64,000 nucleotides of DNA from Diplonema japonicum (taxonomy: Eukaryota; Protista; Euglenozoa: Diplonemea): assembly GCA_964019335.1 (NCBI GenBank), contig OZ025730.1, positions 248,001 through 312,000 of the forward strand, given 5' to 3'. The notes below the pieces were generated by a model that had not been told where the DNA came from, did no database searches, and saw only the letters and a list, made by a program, of their open reading frames with translations. Of the stretch, positions 11,453 through 23,795 are shown piece by piece. The position numbers were made by a program, and so were the translations under genes. Positions within the stretch are counted from its first letter, which is position 1, and each line of letters begins with the position of its first letter.

Positions 11453-11763
11453 TTAAAAAAAAAAAAAAAATGGAGCAAAAAAAAAGATTTTTTTTTCCGA
11501 GTTTTTTTTTTTTTTCACTTACTACATACAGGGGGATGGGTGGGTAGAGTAGACTGGAGAAGAAAAAAAAAAGAAAAAAAAAAAGAAGCACTCTTTTTTT
11601 TTTTTTTCCTTCTTTCTCCCACCCTCCCCTCCCCCCCCCCCCCTTTTTTATTGTTGTATTTTTTCTATCCTTATACAAAAAAAAAATTCTTTTTTTTTTC
11701 TTTTTTCTCTTTCTTTCCCTCTATTATTATCTACTGGGTTTTGACGAGAGTTCCCCTCCATAT

Positions 11764-12648
11764 TCAATTGAAATCACGGTCCACGTCTGCCTCCTCAGCA
11801 GGTGGTTCCAGCAACTTATATTCATAAGCAAGAAGATGCTTCACACCGGGTTCGGTTTCGGTCCCCTCGATTTCCCGCTCAAGCGAGGCGTGCAAATACC
11901 CAGGCACCGTAGAGTCTTTTGGACATCTTCTAAGCACCGATGCAATCTCATCCCATTCATCAAGAATATGCCCTGGTATACTCCGGGTAGCATTACTAAA
12001 GAGCAAGAAACCGTTTATTATGTAAACAAAAAGAGTAACACCATGGGCCACGAACATGGCGGTGAAAGGCGGGGTTTTAAAGAGATGGTCAGGAGGCTCG
12101 CTTGTACAATGCTGGATATATGTTTCGAGATGAGATGCTAGATCGGCAGGGTGGTTCAAAGCTATGATGGCCCAGACTATCATAACAACCTCCAAAAGCA
12201 GCAAAAAACCTTTTGAGATAAAAACCGAACCGTAGCGAACCTCATGCCAGTTGTAATTGAAACCGATTTTGTTTACAAAAGTCATCAGGACTGCACCGCT
12301 TGAGACGAGAACACCTCGTTTTATCAAACCTGTCGTGAGTGCTATAATGGGAGCACGCGTAGTTTCATCTAGACGGAATTGTTCAACGTTGTAGTCCCCG
12401 ATGCTCATGTCGCTGACGTACCCGCACCCGGATACAAAGGAGCTTTCGAGGAACGTGTCGAGGCTTAAGTCTCCTGAGGGGAACCAGAAGTCTTTCACCG
12501 TCTTTTCAGCGTTCGTACTCACATTTGTCAGGGTGATCACCGCGCACACCAGGCATCCCAGGGCCACCAGGATGTTCACGTTTCTGAGGAACCTCTCCTC
12601 ATACAACCGCAGCCCTGCGGGGAACACCGGGGCTACCGTAGTGAACAT
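11764..12648 (-). CDS. Hypothetical multi-pass membrane protein
   Basis: 294-aa ORF with about 4 hydrophobic segments, same strand as the cluster. Confidence 0.7.
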   Translation of the reverse strand: MFTTVAPVFPAGLRLYEERFLRNVNILVALGCLVCAVITLTNVSTNAEKTVKDFWFPSGDLSLDTFLESSFVSGCGYVSDMSIGDYNVEQFRLDETTRAPIIALTTGLIKRGVLVSSGAVLMTFVNKIGFNYNWHEVRYGSVFISKGFLLLLEVVMIVWAIIALNHPADLASHLETYIQHCTSEPPDHLFKTPPFTAMFVAHGVTLFVYIINGFLLFSNATRSIPGHILDEWDEIASVLRRCPKDSTVPGYLHASLEREIEGTETEPGVKHLLAYEYKLLEPPAEEADVDRDFN

Positions 12649-12794
12649 TTACAACCCTTCTTTTTTTTTTGTTGTGGATGTGATATTGTGAGGGGGGGGG
12701 GGAAGAAAAAAAACACTTTTCAAACTTTTTTTTTTATTCCTCTTTTTTTTTTTTTTTTCTTTAGTTCTCACACTTTAAAATCTCGATAAAATTT

Positions 12795-13106
12795 CAGTGT
12801 GCATGGGGGTGCTCACTGTTCAGGAAGAAATCCACACTAATCGGTCACCGTTCTGCGGTTGCTGTCTGGTGCCTGCGGTGGCTGTTTGTCGCGATGAGAT
12901 GGACGGCATCTGGGCAAGAAACATTGCTTGGAGTCGTGCTAGGTAGGGGGCGGTTTGGCTCGAGGAGAAGAGTGGTCTCCTGTCGTAGCCGTGTGCCGTC
13001 GGGCGCACCCTTGATTTGGCGTTGGCGGGGAAGGCTGACCTTCCACAGTGTGCTGAACATTTCTGGATGCGACCCAAGATGTATCGCATCCTTGCGGCTT
13101 TCTCCG
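12795..13106 (+). ncRNA. Candidate ~300-nt structured RNA, unassigned
   Basis: Five nested helices plus 5' and 3' hairpins and an Sm-like ATTTCTGG (see findings). Confidence 0.35.
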
Positions 13107-13151
13107 AAAAAAAAAAAAAAAATAAAAAATTGAGCTTTTTTTTTTTTTTTC

Positions 13152-13745
13152 TTATTTGGTCTTTTTTGTCTCTTTCGCGTCTTTTTTTCCTTTTTCTTTC
13201 TTGAACTGCTGCACCTTTACCTTTACAAGCAGGCGGCCGACGTCAATCAGAATTTGCATAAGGATTAAAAAAAGAAGGACCAACATGGGGAGGCACCACG
13301 TAACGGCAAGGAAGGTCCCGTTTGGATCGAAGTAGTTTTGCGTCGCAAAATCCTTCCAGTTGTCTATGCCGTACTGGTTGATGTAGGACGCGGAGGAGGT
13401 GAGGAGGGCGATGGTGAGGAAGAAACCGATTTTGAAATTGCTGCTGGAACCGAAGATGACTGTCCCAAGCCACACGAGCCACACGGCAGCATGCACTCCC
13501 CCCATCACCTTCAGCCAGTCCTCGCTCCAGTCTACTGCCTTGTAAAAACCCATTGCCTCGTCGTACGCTTGCTCGCCTGCTTTGCCTACCAAGCTTTGCA
13601 TCCCCTCCAAGCTCAGTTCGTATTCCCCAAAGGTGCTGTTTTTCCATGCACTCCCAAGTTCGCTGAAAGCATCTTCGTGGCTGGTGACCACCTGGTCCAA
13701 AAACCCGTCAAAGGTTTCTTGGATCTGACTCAGGATGTCGTTCAT
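13152..13745 (-). CDS. TMEM18: Transmembrane protein 18 family
   Basis: AVDWSEDWL, YINQYGIDNWKDFATQNYFDPNGTF, basic C-terminus. Confidence 0.85.
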   Translation of the reverse strand: MNDILSQIQETFDGFLDQVVTSHEDAFSELGSAWKNSTFGEYELSLEGMQSLVGKAGEQAYDEAMGFYKAVDWSEDWLKVMGGVHAAVWLVWLGTVIFGSSSNFKIGFFLTIALLTSSASYINQYGIDNWKDFATQNYFDPNGTFLAVTWCLPMLVLLFLILMQILIDVGRLLVKVKVQQFKKEKGKKDAKETKKTK

Positions 13746-14531
13746 TTTTCTTAAAAAGTTTTTTTTTTGCGTTTGCTGGGGGGGGGGGGGGGGGGGGTTA
13801 CGATGCGAGAAAAGAAAAGCCGCGAAGGAGAAAAAAGCAGATTTCCGATGGGTAATATCCAAAGAGGTAGTACGACGATATCGGGATATTGGGGATGCTA
13901 TTTGCACAAACTGCAACGTGCGGCTGTTCAGAGACGAATTCTGCGATAAGCCCCACGGAGACCTTCCTCAAAAACCCACAGAAGAAAAATAAAAAAGAAG
14001 AAGGAAAAAAAAAGGAAAAAAAAAACAATAACTACATACACCTACACCTACAGGAAACGCTAAAAAAAGAAAGAAAAAAAAAAAAAAAAAAAAAAACAAC
14101 AACAACAACATTTTCTTTTTTGTTTCTCTTTTCTTTTTTTTTTTTATTGTTACTGATTTCAAAAAAAAGGGGGGGGGTTCTCTCGCACGTCATATTAATT
14201 GTGTATAATTTTGAATTCTCTTCCCTCGCTCTCTCTTTCCCCCCCTTTTTCTTTTTCTTTTGTCCCCCCCCTTTCTGGTTCGGCTCCGCACTACAGCTTC
14301 AGTTCTCGAACGCTACGCTACGTGGATTTCAGGATTCTTTTTATTCTTTGGCTTTACAGGTGGGAGATAGCGGGTAGTCGGAGTGCTCCGGACACTATAA
14401 ATGAGAGAATGGGAAGGGAAATTCCAAAAACCCCCTTTTCGCAACTTTCATTCACAATTTTTTTTTTTTCTGCTTCTTTTTTTTTTTTTTTTTTCTTTTC
14501 CCAGTTTAATTTTTTTTTTTTCTTTTTAAAA

Positions 14532-14773
14532 ACGCCTCATATCTCTAAAAATCCGTTTTGGCACCCCCCTTGTGTCTGGAGGAATAAGCGGACAAAAAAG
14601 TTTTTGCTATTTTCTTTTTATAAAACGTGCTGAAACCACCCCCGGCCACGAGCGGGCGACAAAATATTTCTCCCGAAAAGTTTTCAAAGCTCCCTCGGAA
14701 GGGTTGGTTCTTGCATGAGCGAATAAGCTGGAAATTCTTGAGAAAGACTTTACCAGCTAGAGATATGAGGCGT
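14532..14773. repeat. Perfect 16-bp inverted repeat enclosing 210 bp (MITE/foldback-like)
   Basis: ACGCCTCATATCTCTA (14532-14547) / TAGAGATATGAGGCGT (14758-14773). Confidence 0.6.
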
Positions 14774-15110
14774 AAAGCCATCCATGTCAGGGGCCTATCA
14801 TAAAAGAAAAAAAAAAACGAAAAAACCAGGAGAGAGTAATGAAATGAGAAGTGGGTTAAAAAAAAAAACCCCCCCCCGCAAAAAAAAGGTGGTAAAGCAG
14901 GCAGTAAAGGTTCTTCTTTTTGTATTCTTCTTCCCCCCCCCCCCCCCACCCACCCTTGTTCTTCTTTTTAAACGGTAAGAAATACACTGAAAAGAACATC
15001 AAGAGAACGAGGAGGGAGGGGGGGGGGGGGGGGGGGAAGAGAGAGAAAAGAAAATATTATTTGTAAAACAGTAAACAGCTAAAAAAAACACCCCCTTTTT
15101 TTTCTTCTTC

Positions 15111-15202
15111 TCAGTCTATTGTTATTTTAATTCTGACCAGTAAGAAGGTGCCTGGAATTAAACGGTAATGAGCATCGTGCAAAGGGATCGATCGGTATCC
15201 CT

Positions 15203-15237
<35 letters not shown>

Positions 15238-18170
15238 CCCGTCAAGAGGGCAGGACCGCCATATGAGAGAAAAAGGGCCCCTGTGGCACATGCGGTGTCG
15301 GCGAACACGCTGAGTCACACCGAGGGCGAGGTCGGAGACCAGAGAACTACAGAACTCCGTTCCGTCTAGGCCGGGGATTTTAAATCATGAAAAGACCATA
15401 CACATGGGTTGAGGAGAAAAGAAAAAAAAAAAAAAAAAAAAAAAAAAAAACATACCTGCCGGAGTTGAAGAAAAGGACAGGAAGCCTCCCCAATAAAATC
15501 GTCGCCGCCCACGATGTCGTGGTCCATCACACGCAAGGTCAGGATGGCGGTGGCGGGCTCCGTCACCGAAAAGTGAAAAGTCGTACCCCAGATGGGGTTG
15601 AACCCGTTGTCGGTAACCGACTTCGTCTGGAAGGGTTTCTTCCAAGTGTCATCCCTCTCGTTGGCCGACATTGCAACCACCACAAAAGGATCTATAATCT
15701 CACCTCTTGCAGCAAGGTTCGGTTTCGGGAGACACCCCCCTGAGATGACCTCCACGGTCAGTCGGTGTGTGGGCTCAGACAACATTTGTTGTTTCTTCCG
15801 CAGTTTTGCTGGTTTCAAAACGTACCCACACCCTCCGTTTTGCTTGAAGAAAGCTTGGTTAAGACGAACAGGGTAGTCACCTGTTTGAAAATTCAACGCT
15901 ACGAGTTGTGAGCCGTTCGCCCAGGCAGGGACGGGGTTAAAGTTCATGCTTGCAATACGTGTGCCTTGCGGGTATATCCTTGTCATGACCCCCATGTTCA
16001 TATCTGATAACCTTTCCTTCGCTTTGATAATGGTGTTGAGCGCTTTTTCAGACAGCGAGGTAACCTCCCCGATACCCCCTGCGCTGCCTAGGTGGTCCTT
16101 CACACCTCCGGGACGGAGTTTAGTGTTTTTGAAGAATATGGTGTCGGATAAAGTGGGTGCGATTTTTTTTTGGTTCGTGGGGTTGGTTTCATCGTCTTTT
16201 TCGTCCATGTCAACCGCACGGCCCGCGTGGTTGAGCTTGGGTCCTTTTACAAGGATTTTGTTCCGCAAACCGTTCGGCGAGAACTTGGGATCGTTGATGT
16301 CCTCAATACCAGTGATCGACTGCATCTTGCCCTGCCAGATGTCCGACATAATCTCCGCCATTCGCGACTGTTGCGCAATCGATGTATGCACCTCCAGCGA
16401 GACAATCACGGGCAGCTCCGACACCACAAACGCCGAGGCATCGATGGCACGAACCACATCGCTGAACAAAATCTTGCTCGTTGCAGTGTGCCCATGCGTT
16501 ACGACAGGATCGTTGTTCGGGCCGTCCCAACAATCGATTTCAAGGCATTTACACCCGCGTTCCAAAGCGTAAGTATACATTTCCGCTTTCGATTCCGAAC
16601 TGACCTGGTTACCACTGAGGTACGTGTTGTGGGATGACGAGATGTAGTAATGTGTGAGGGGGTGTTGCAAATCGTTGGGGAGCCTCTGCTCGACCCACCA
16701 TGAGTTCGCGGTTGATGTAATGTACTTCGAGAAATCGTGGAGAGTGAGCTTGTTTGGATCGTCATCAGTTGACCATTCTTGGATGAGCTTCCCGGTGCTG
16801 CGGACTGTTGACGATTCGTCTTGTTGCGTGTTGTTGAGGAAGTCCAACATGTTCTCTGTGAATGTCCGTTCGCTCTTGCTACACACGGTCTGGTACAGGG
16901 TTGTGAGCTCTGTGCGGAACTGTAGTTTTTCAAAAAACTTCATGAACTCGTCAAAGTCCACCTTCTCGTCACCGTCGACATCAAACTCATCAAATTTCTT
17001 TTTCAACTTTGACCTTTGTATCGAAACGTTCAATCTATCCATCAACTGCGTTACTTCTTTAAAATCCAAATACCCGCTGTTGTCGGTGTCGACCGCCCAC
17101 CACAGCTCCACCGTGCGGACGATATGGTGCATGGCGTAGGGGATCACGGGTTCGTTCTTTCCTTTCGCAAGGTTTTTTAACACGTTCGTGATTTCTTCCT
17201 CGTCCTCCGGTGCCGCGAGGAGTACGCACTCCCATCTTGTTTTGAGTGAATAGTTCGCTGAGTGAGGCAGTCGTTTCAAAGCCAAGCACAGCACCTTTCC
17301 TAGCATCTGTGTGGAGGGGATTCTTTTCCTCGCGTGGATCAGCACGCTTCTTACTTTTTTGATCACGAGAGGGTTCACACCGTCCTCCGGGTTGTGCTTC
17401 CCTTCCTCTACATCTGCATAAGTGTCGCCGACGTCCCTCGCACGGAAACAACAACACAGAACACTTCTCATTTTTTTCGTCGCGGTGGTGGCCAAGGGTG
17501 CTGTTGAGAATCTCCGTGTTGCAGTCCCGTCTGCATGCTTCCTCGATCCAAGGCCTTCCTCGTGGGACTGCTCGTTGTCGACAATTGCGGGGCCGGGTTT
17601 TTTAGAAGTGTCAGGCGGTGCCTGCACAACGACTGCGGCAGGAGGAGCAGGGGCATGGTCCTGTTCGATCGTTTGCGGGGGAAAAGTTTCCAACTCCAGA
17701 GCCATTGGAGAAGGCCGATCGAATGTTCTTGTCGATTGCATTGGTGAAATCGTGGTTTCTACTGGTGATATCGGGTGATGCACTACCTGAGGAGCATCTT
17801 GCTTCCACATCCACACATCGTTGTCGCTCCATGTAGCACGGGCAGAGGATACTTGTAAGACAGCTGAACCAAGCAGGGTTACACGCCCATGGGAATCTGT
17901 CACCAATTCGCGTGTGGGGGGGAGCACGGTTCCGTCCGGGAAAGTAAACACGACTTGGTTTCGAGTGACATGGGCCACCTGCCCACTGCTCGTCGCCCAT
18001 TTTCCTTGCAGCTTGCTGAGGAGCCCACCGACGTTCCCTTTAAAATGCCTCCTCCGTGTCTCGATCTCTTTCTCCGGGTACCCGTTTGCATGCCCCACCA
18101 GCAGCGGGGTTTGTAAAGGCGATCGGACCCTTCTTGGGAACGGTGTTCGAGTTTCTCCATTTACATTCAT
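15111..18170 (-). CDS. Phosphoinositide-specific phospholipase C (EF-hand, X, Y, C2); intron 15201-15455
   Basis: YYISSSHNTYL, CLEIDCWDG, HGHT, RIYPQGTRI, QLVALNFQT, C2 with NGFNPIW. Spliced last exon GYRSIPL completes the C2 domain. Confidence 0.95.
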
Positions 18171-18262
18171 TACAACACGAAGAAAACGCACTGTCAAGCC
18201 CTACCTAGGGCTGGCGCTTTCTATCTCACCGCATGCTAGTCTTTTGTCTTTCAAAAAAAAAA

Positions 18263-18293
<31 letters not shown>

Positions 18294-18779
18294 GCGAGCG
18301 TGGAAGAACACACAAGAATATAGACACTTAAAAAAAAGGGGGGTCGAGAAAAAGGTCCGAGAAAAAAAGGGGGCTGGGAGGATATGATGGAAAAGAGTGA
18401 GGGGGGAAAGTTCGTTGAAGGCAAAAAAAAAGGGGGGGGGAAGAAAGAAAAAGAGAGAAAAAAAAAGAAGACTGGTTACCCTAAAGCAGCCTATAAACGC
18501 CACCAAGGCAAGGGAGGCATGACGTAAGTACGCCAATGGGAGCCTCTTCCGTTTTTTGTTTTTGTTTTTTCCTTTGTGACACCTTGCCCGTGCACTTTGA
18601 GCGCTGGAGGAACTCTTTTTTTTTTTTTTTTTTTTCCTTCTCTTTTTTTTTATTCCCCCCCTTTTTCCAACAACAAAAAAAAGGAAAAAAAAAAGGGAAA
18701 AAATTGCACGTAGGGGGGGGGGGGGGGGGGTTGTTAAATAAAATACGTTACAGCGCGACCATCGCTCCGACCCAAACGC

Positions 18780-21700
18780 CTACTTTTGCATAGCCTGCAG
18801 TTTCTCTCCTTGGGACAGGTTGTCAGCGAGCTCATCCTGTGTGTTTGTTAGAAGCATATTATAAAGAGGACCAACCTTGTAATTCTTCAGTTTAAGAGCG
18901 TTCTCGCTCCTCACTTTCTCAGGAACCTTTGCAGCATAGGTTGGGGCTGCCATCTTAGTCTCGAGGGTGGCGATCACCTTTTCAAGCGTTTTCTGTGTTT
19001 TTTTTTTTTTCTTTTTTTTTTTTTCCCTTTCTTTTTTTTTTTTCTTCCTAACCTGCTTCTTCTCAATCTTCGCTATCTCTGCCTTGACATCAATAAGGTC
19101 TTTGATGTTCATGTAGCACGTGATGCTGGAGTTGACCACCTGTTTTTAATTTTTTTTTTTTTAAATTAAATTTTCCCTCCAATGGCCACACCTGTGCCGC
19201 GTACCCAGCAGGGACGGGGTCAGACGCTTTAACGATAGTTGTCTCGCCGATTTTCCCGAGGGATTTGATGAAGGTCTTCTCGCTGTTGAAGAACTCTGCC
19301 TCGTCTTGGTTCTTGCACGCAACAGACACCTCGGGCATGACCTTGTCGTTCAGCTGGTAGCTGGCCTTCATGGCCCTCACACCGTGCACAGTGTCTAACA
19401 ACATGCTCATCTTCTGGTCAACCCCACTGTTTGCCCACCCGCTTGGCAGCGGGTAGTCTGCAACCATGATCGATGGCCCACGGCCCTCCCTGTCGCCAGG
19501 AAGCCTGAGTGTCGTTGTAGTTTATCACAATAATCATACCTCTGCCACAGCTCCTCCGAGGTGAACGGCAGAAGCGGGTGGATGAGCCTGAGACCCGTCT
19601 CCAGGCAGATGAACAGCGTGTGTTTGAACACATCCTGTGCGATTCTTTGGGAAAATAAAAAGTTGGCATACCACATGCTTGCCGATGTGTGCCTCTGCCG
19701 TTCCCTTCATAACCGGCTTCATCATCTCAAGGAAGTTGTCGCAGAAGTCATCGTACCAGAAGGAGCACACAACACGCACGACATCGGAGAACTCGTAGTT
19801 CGCGAAGTGCTTGTTGATGTCGATGACGGCACGGTCAAGGCGCGACAGGATCCAATGGCACACGAAGGGGATGCCTACCTTCTCGCCCTTCGCCAACTGG
19901 GTGTGTCCGGTGGCCTTGCTCTTGAGGGTCTTTGTCACCTCATCGACGAGGGGGTTCTTGTCCCATGCGAAGAAGGGACTGCCCTCAGGCGAAAGCAGAG
20001 GTGCCACCAACTCCTCAGTGGGGGGCTCGTAGTCCAGTCCCAGGGAGTGCTCAAGGCCGTACTTCACAGCGTTGTACAGCTTGTTGCAGAAGGCCCTGTA
20101 CGCGGTGACCTTCGAGATGTCCAGGTTCACATCGGTGCTGCCGCTGGTGTTTGCAAGCAGCCCAATACGCAGGGCGTCGGACCCGCACTCCTTGATACCG
20201 TCCGGGAAGTATTTGCTCTGAAGCTGAAGCGCTCTTTCCACCTCCGCTTCGTCGAGGTTCCCGCTCTTGATCTTGGCGTGCAGCTGCTTGAGGGTAATGC
20301 CGTTCCTCACGTCGATGGGGTCGATGACGTTGCCCTTCGACTTGCTCATCTTTTTGCCCTCCTTGTCACGCACCATCGCGTGCAGGTACACGTTGTCGAA
20401 GGGGAGCTTGTCAAGGAAGAGGAGCGATGTCATCACCATCCTTGCGACCCAGAAGAACAGGATGTCATGACCTGTCTCCAAGAGCTGCGTGGGGAAGAAC
20501 TGCTTGAAGTCGGGATGCTCGGTGTTGGGCCATCCAAGGGCTGAGTGGGGGAGGAGACCGGACGAGAACCATGTGTCAAGGACGTCCTCGTCTTGCGACA
20601 GTTTCAGTTTCGCCGCCTGCTCGGCTGAGAGTTTGAATCTCGCGATCGCTTTATTTTTTGCCTCTTCTTCGTTCCTACCAGAAACCCACGCATCAGCACC
20701 ACATGGGACACCATCGATCGTGCACTCGTATGCGGGGATCCTGTGTCCCCACCACAGCTGCCTGGAGATGCACCACGGCTTGATCTCACCAAGCCAGTGG
20801 TCCCATGTCTTCCCGTACCTCTTGGGGTGCAGTTTCAAGACGTTTTCCTTCTCCAGCTTCAGCGCCCTCGCGGCGGCGTCCGAGCAGTTCGCAAACCACT
20901 GCGGCATCAGGAAAGGTTCGATGATGTCGTTAGTCCTCTGGCACGTCCCGATCTTCATGGCGTGGTTCTTCTGTTCGACGAAAAGCCCCTTCTCCTTCAA
21001 CGCCTTGACGACCTCAACCCTGGCGATGAAGCGCTGCATGCCCTTGAAAGGGCCTTCGACACTGATGAGCCCCTTCTTGTCGAGCATAGCCATCTCAACG
21101 AGGTTGTGGCGTTTACCGCACTCGAAATCGTTGGGGTCGTGCGCAGGGGTCACCTTCACGACACCCGTACCGAACTCCATGTTGACAAGCTTGTCGTCCA
21201 GCACGATAGGGATGGCCTCGTCCCTGAAGGGGCACAGAACGTGCTTGCCGTGTAGATGGCTGTACCTCGGGTCCTTCGGGTGGATGGCGATGGCGGTGTC
21301 ACCAAGGATTGTCTCGGGACGGGTTGTGGCGATCTGGAGCTTCTCACCAGTCTCCTTCACAACGTAGTAGAAGTCGTATATGAGACCGACAGCAACCTTC
21401 TTCTCGTACCCGGGGACGAAGATCTTGGTCTCACCTGTGAACTCCATGTGGACCACCTCGAGGTCGGAAATGGCGGACTGCAGGGCAACACACCAGTTGA
21501 CAAGACGGGTAGCTCGTTCGATAATGCCCCGTTCATGCATGGTGCAGAAGGCTTCTGTGACGGCCACAGCACGGGGCTCGTCCATTGTGAAGAATTCACG
21601 TGTCCAGTCGAGGGAGGATGCTGTCTGCACCAGCTGGGAGCGGATGGTGCTTGCGTACTCCTTCTTCCACTCCCAGACCTTCTCGACGAAGGCTTCCCTA

Positions 21701-22182
21701 CCAATGTCGTGTCGGGTGATATTCTGCTCTTTCTTCAGTTTTTTTTCAACAACCACCTGTGTTGCGATACCTGCGTGGTCGGTACCGGGGACCCACAGTA
21801 CGTTTTCTCCCTTCATTCGGTGCCATCTCACAAGACTGTCCTGAACGGCATTTGTCAGGGCGTGGCCAATGTGAAGGGATCCGGTGACGTTTGGGGGTGG
21901 AAGGCAGATTACAAACTGGCCGTCTTTCTTTACCCTCTCCGCGTTCCATTCTTCGAAGTCCGACCTCGGACGGAAGAACCCGCTCGCTTCCCACCAATCA
22001 TACCAACCTGCCTCCACTGCAATCGGGTTCAAACCGTCGGCAGCTTTTTGTACGGGTGCGTCAGGTGAAGCTGCCATGGCTTCCCTCGCCGCTTTTGTTT
22101 TCTCCTGTGCTTCTTTCGCGAGCTTAATCACATCCTTTTTCCCGGGCGCCGGTGTCCATGGTTTTGATGTCCGCTTGCTCAT
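18780..22182 (-). CDS. VARS: Valyl-tRNA synthetase; introns 19635-19671, 19505-19539, 19140-19191, 18993-19052, 18837-18875
   Basis: PPPNVTGSLHIGH, WCISRQLWWGHRIP, DVLDTWFSS, KMSKS. Removing five GT-AG introns restores the anticodon-binding and coiled-coil domains. Confidence 0.97.
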
Positions 22183-22836
22183 TGTATATACCCCTCTTCT
22201 GAGTGTGTGTGTGGGATTAAAGGCCACTTTTTTTTTTTTTGCTCACACTTTCCTTTTTTTTTTTTAATTAAAGCTTAGGTTCCCTCTCTCCCCCTCCCTT
22301 CGAAATGGACGGAAGGAAAAAAAAAAAAAAAAGAAAATAGAAAAAGACCAACTTTTAATGTTAGGAAAAATAAAAAAAGGGATGGGGGAGAGGGGGTTAG
22401 GTGGAGGGAAAAAAAAAATAAGAGACACACTGTTTATAAAAAAAAAAAAACTTTAAAAAAAATTTTCCTTCGTCATTTTCTTGTTTTCTTTTCACTCTTT
22501 TCGTCTCCTATTTTCTTTTTGCATTAACTCTAAGGGGGAAAAAAAGAAAAAGAAAAAAACTCCTGGGTAAAAACCTTATAAAAAAGAACCCCTCCCCCCC
22601 CCTTTTTTTTAAAGCATTTCCATACACTCTACTCTATTCTTTCCAAAAAAGTATACCTACCTATACTGGCAAAAAATAAAATAAAATAACAGAAACCGTG
22701 TAGAGGGGGGGAGAATGGAAGGGTTTGTTTCTTTTATGTTAAACTTTTTTTTTTTTTACGGCTCTAAAAGAAAAACAGTATCGACTTGGATAGACAATGG
22801 AATGAGACGTACTTTTTTCTTCCTTTCTAAGAAAGC

Positions 22837-22858
22837 TTATTCCAGCTGTGTGAAATGT

Positions 22859-22916
<58 letters not shown>

Positions 22917-23674
22917 AACAAACCTCTTGCAGGTACTCCTCAATATCCGAAGCTGGAAGAATCTCAAATTTCCCATCGACCACCTTAGCAATTTCAATGT
23001 TGCTGCTGTCCATTTTGCCATCGAAACTGGGAGATTATTATTATTATTATTATTTTTTTTTTTTCCTTTTTTTTTTCCCCATACCCTTCTTTCAATGTTC
23101 TAATAGCAGTGTGGGTGGCATCCTCCACCTCCATGTCAGGGGAGTAACGCTTTTCAAGGTAGGTTTTTGCGTTGTTGCCGCCCTTGCCTATCGATGTCGC
23201 CTTCCAAGAAATGAAAAGACCAGAGGGGTCGACCTGGTAGAGGTGGTTGCCGGTGGTGTCGGCCCCCGCCACGAGGAGAGAGCACCCGAAGGGGCGCACA
23301 CCGTTGGACTGTGTGTACTCCTGCATAATGTCGGCCAACTTCCTCACCAGCTGCCCAATGGGCATTGGTGCGTCATATTCAGATTTGTAAACCTGACAAA
23401 ACCTCCTCGCCTTGGTGAAGAGCACCCTGGCGTCCGCTACCATACCAGCATGCACCACACCTACGTGGGTGTCCAGCATCTGCAGCTTCTGGACTGTGTC
23501 TGCGTCTTGCAGAGGGAGTGTTCTCTTTTCCGTTGCAATGCAGATTCCGTCTTTCGCCTTGATACCCAACGCGGTCCCCCCCTTGTTCACCGTTGCCATG
23601 GCATACTCGATTTGGATAAGCTTCCCCTGCGGACTGAAGGTCGTCAGGGAGAACGCATACGCCGAGTCCGACAT
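22837..23674 (-). CDS. PSMA2: 20S proteasome subunit alpha-2; introns 23027-23084 and 22846-22923
   Basis: FSLTTFSPQGKLIQIEYA, QEYTQSNGVRPFG, YQVDPSG, KTYLEKRY; spliced end EGFDG...YLQE|LE*. Confidence 0.95.
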
Positions 23675-23741
23675 TTTTTTTTTTTTTTTTTTTTTCCTTT
23701 TTTTTTTTTTTTGTGAGGACACAAATTCTTAAAATCAGGAA

Positions 23742-23791
<50 letters not shown>

Positions 23792-23795
<4 letters not shown>

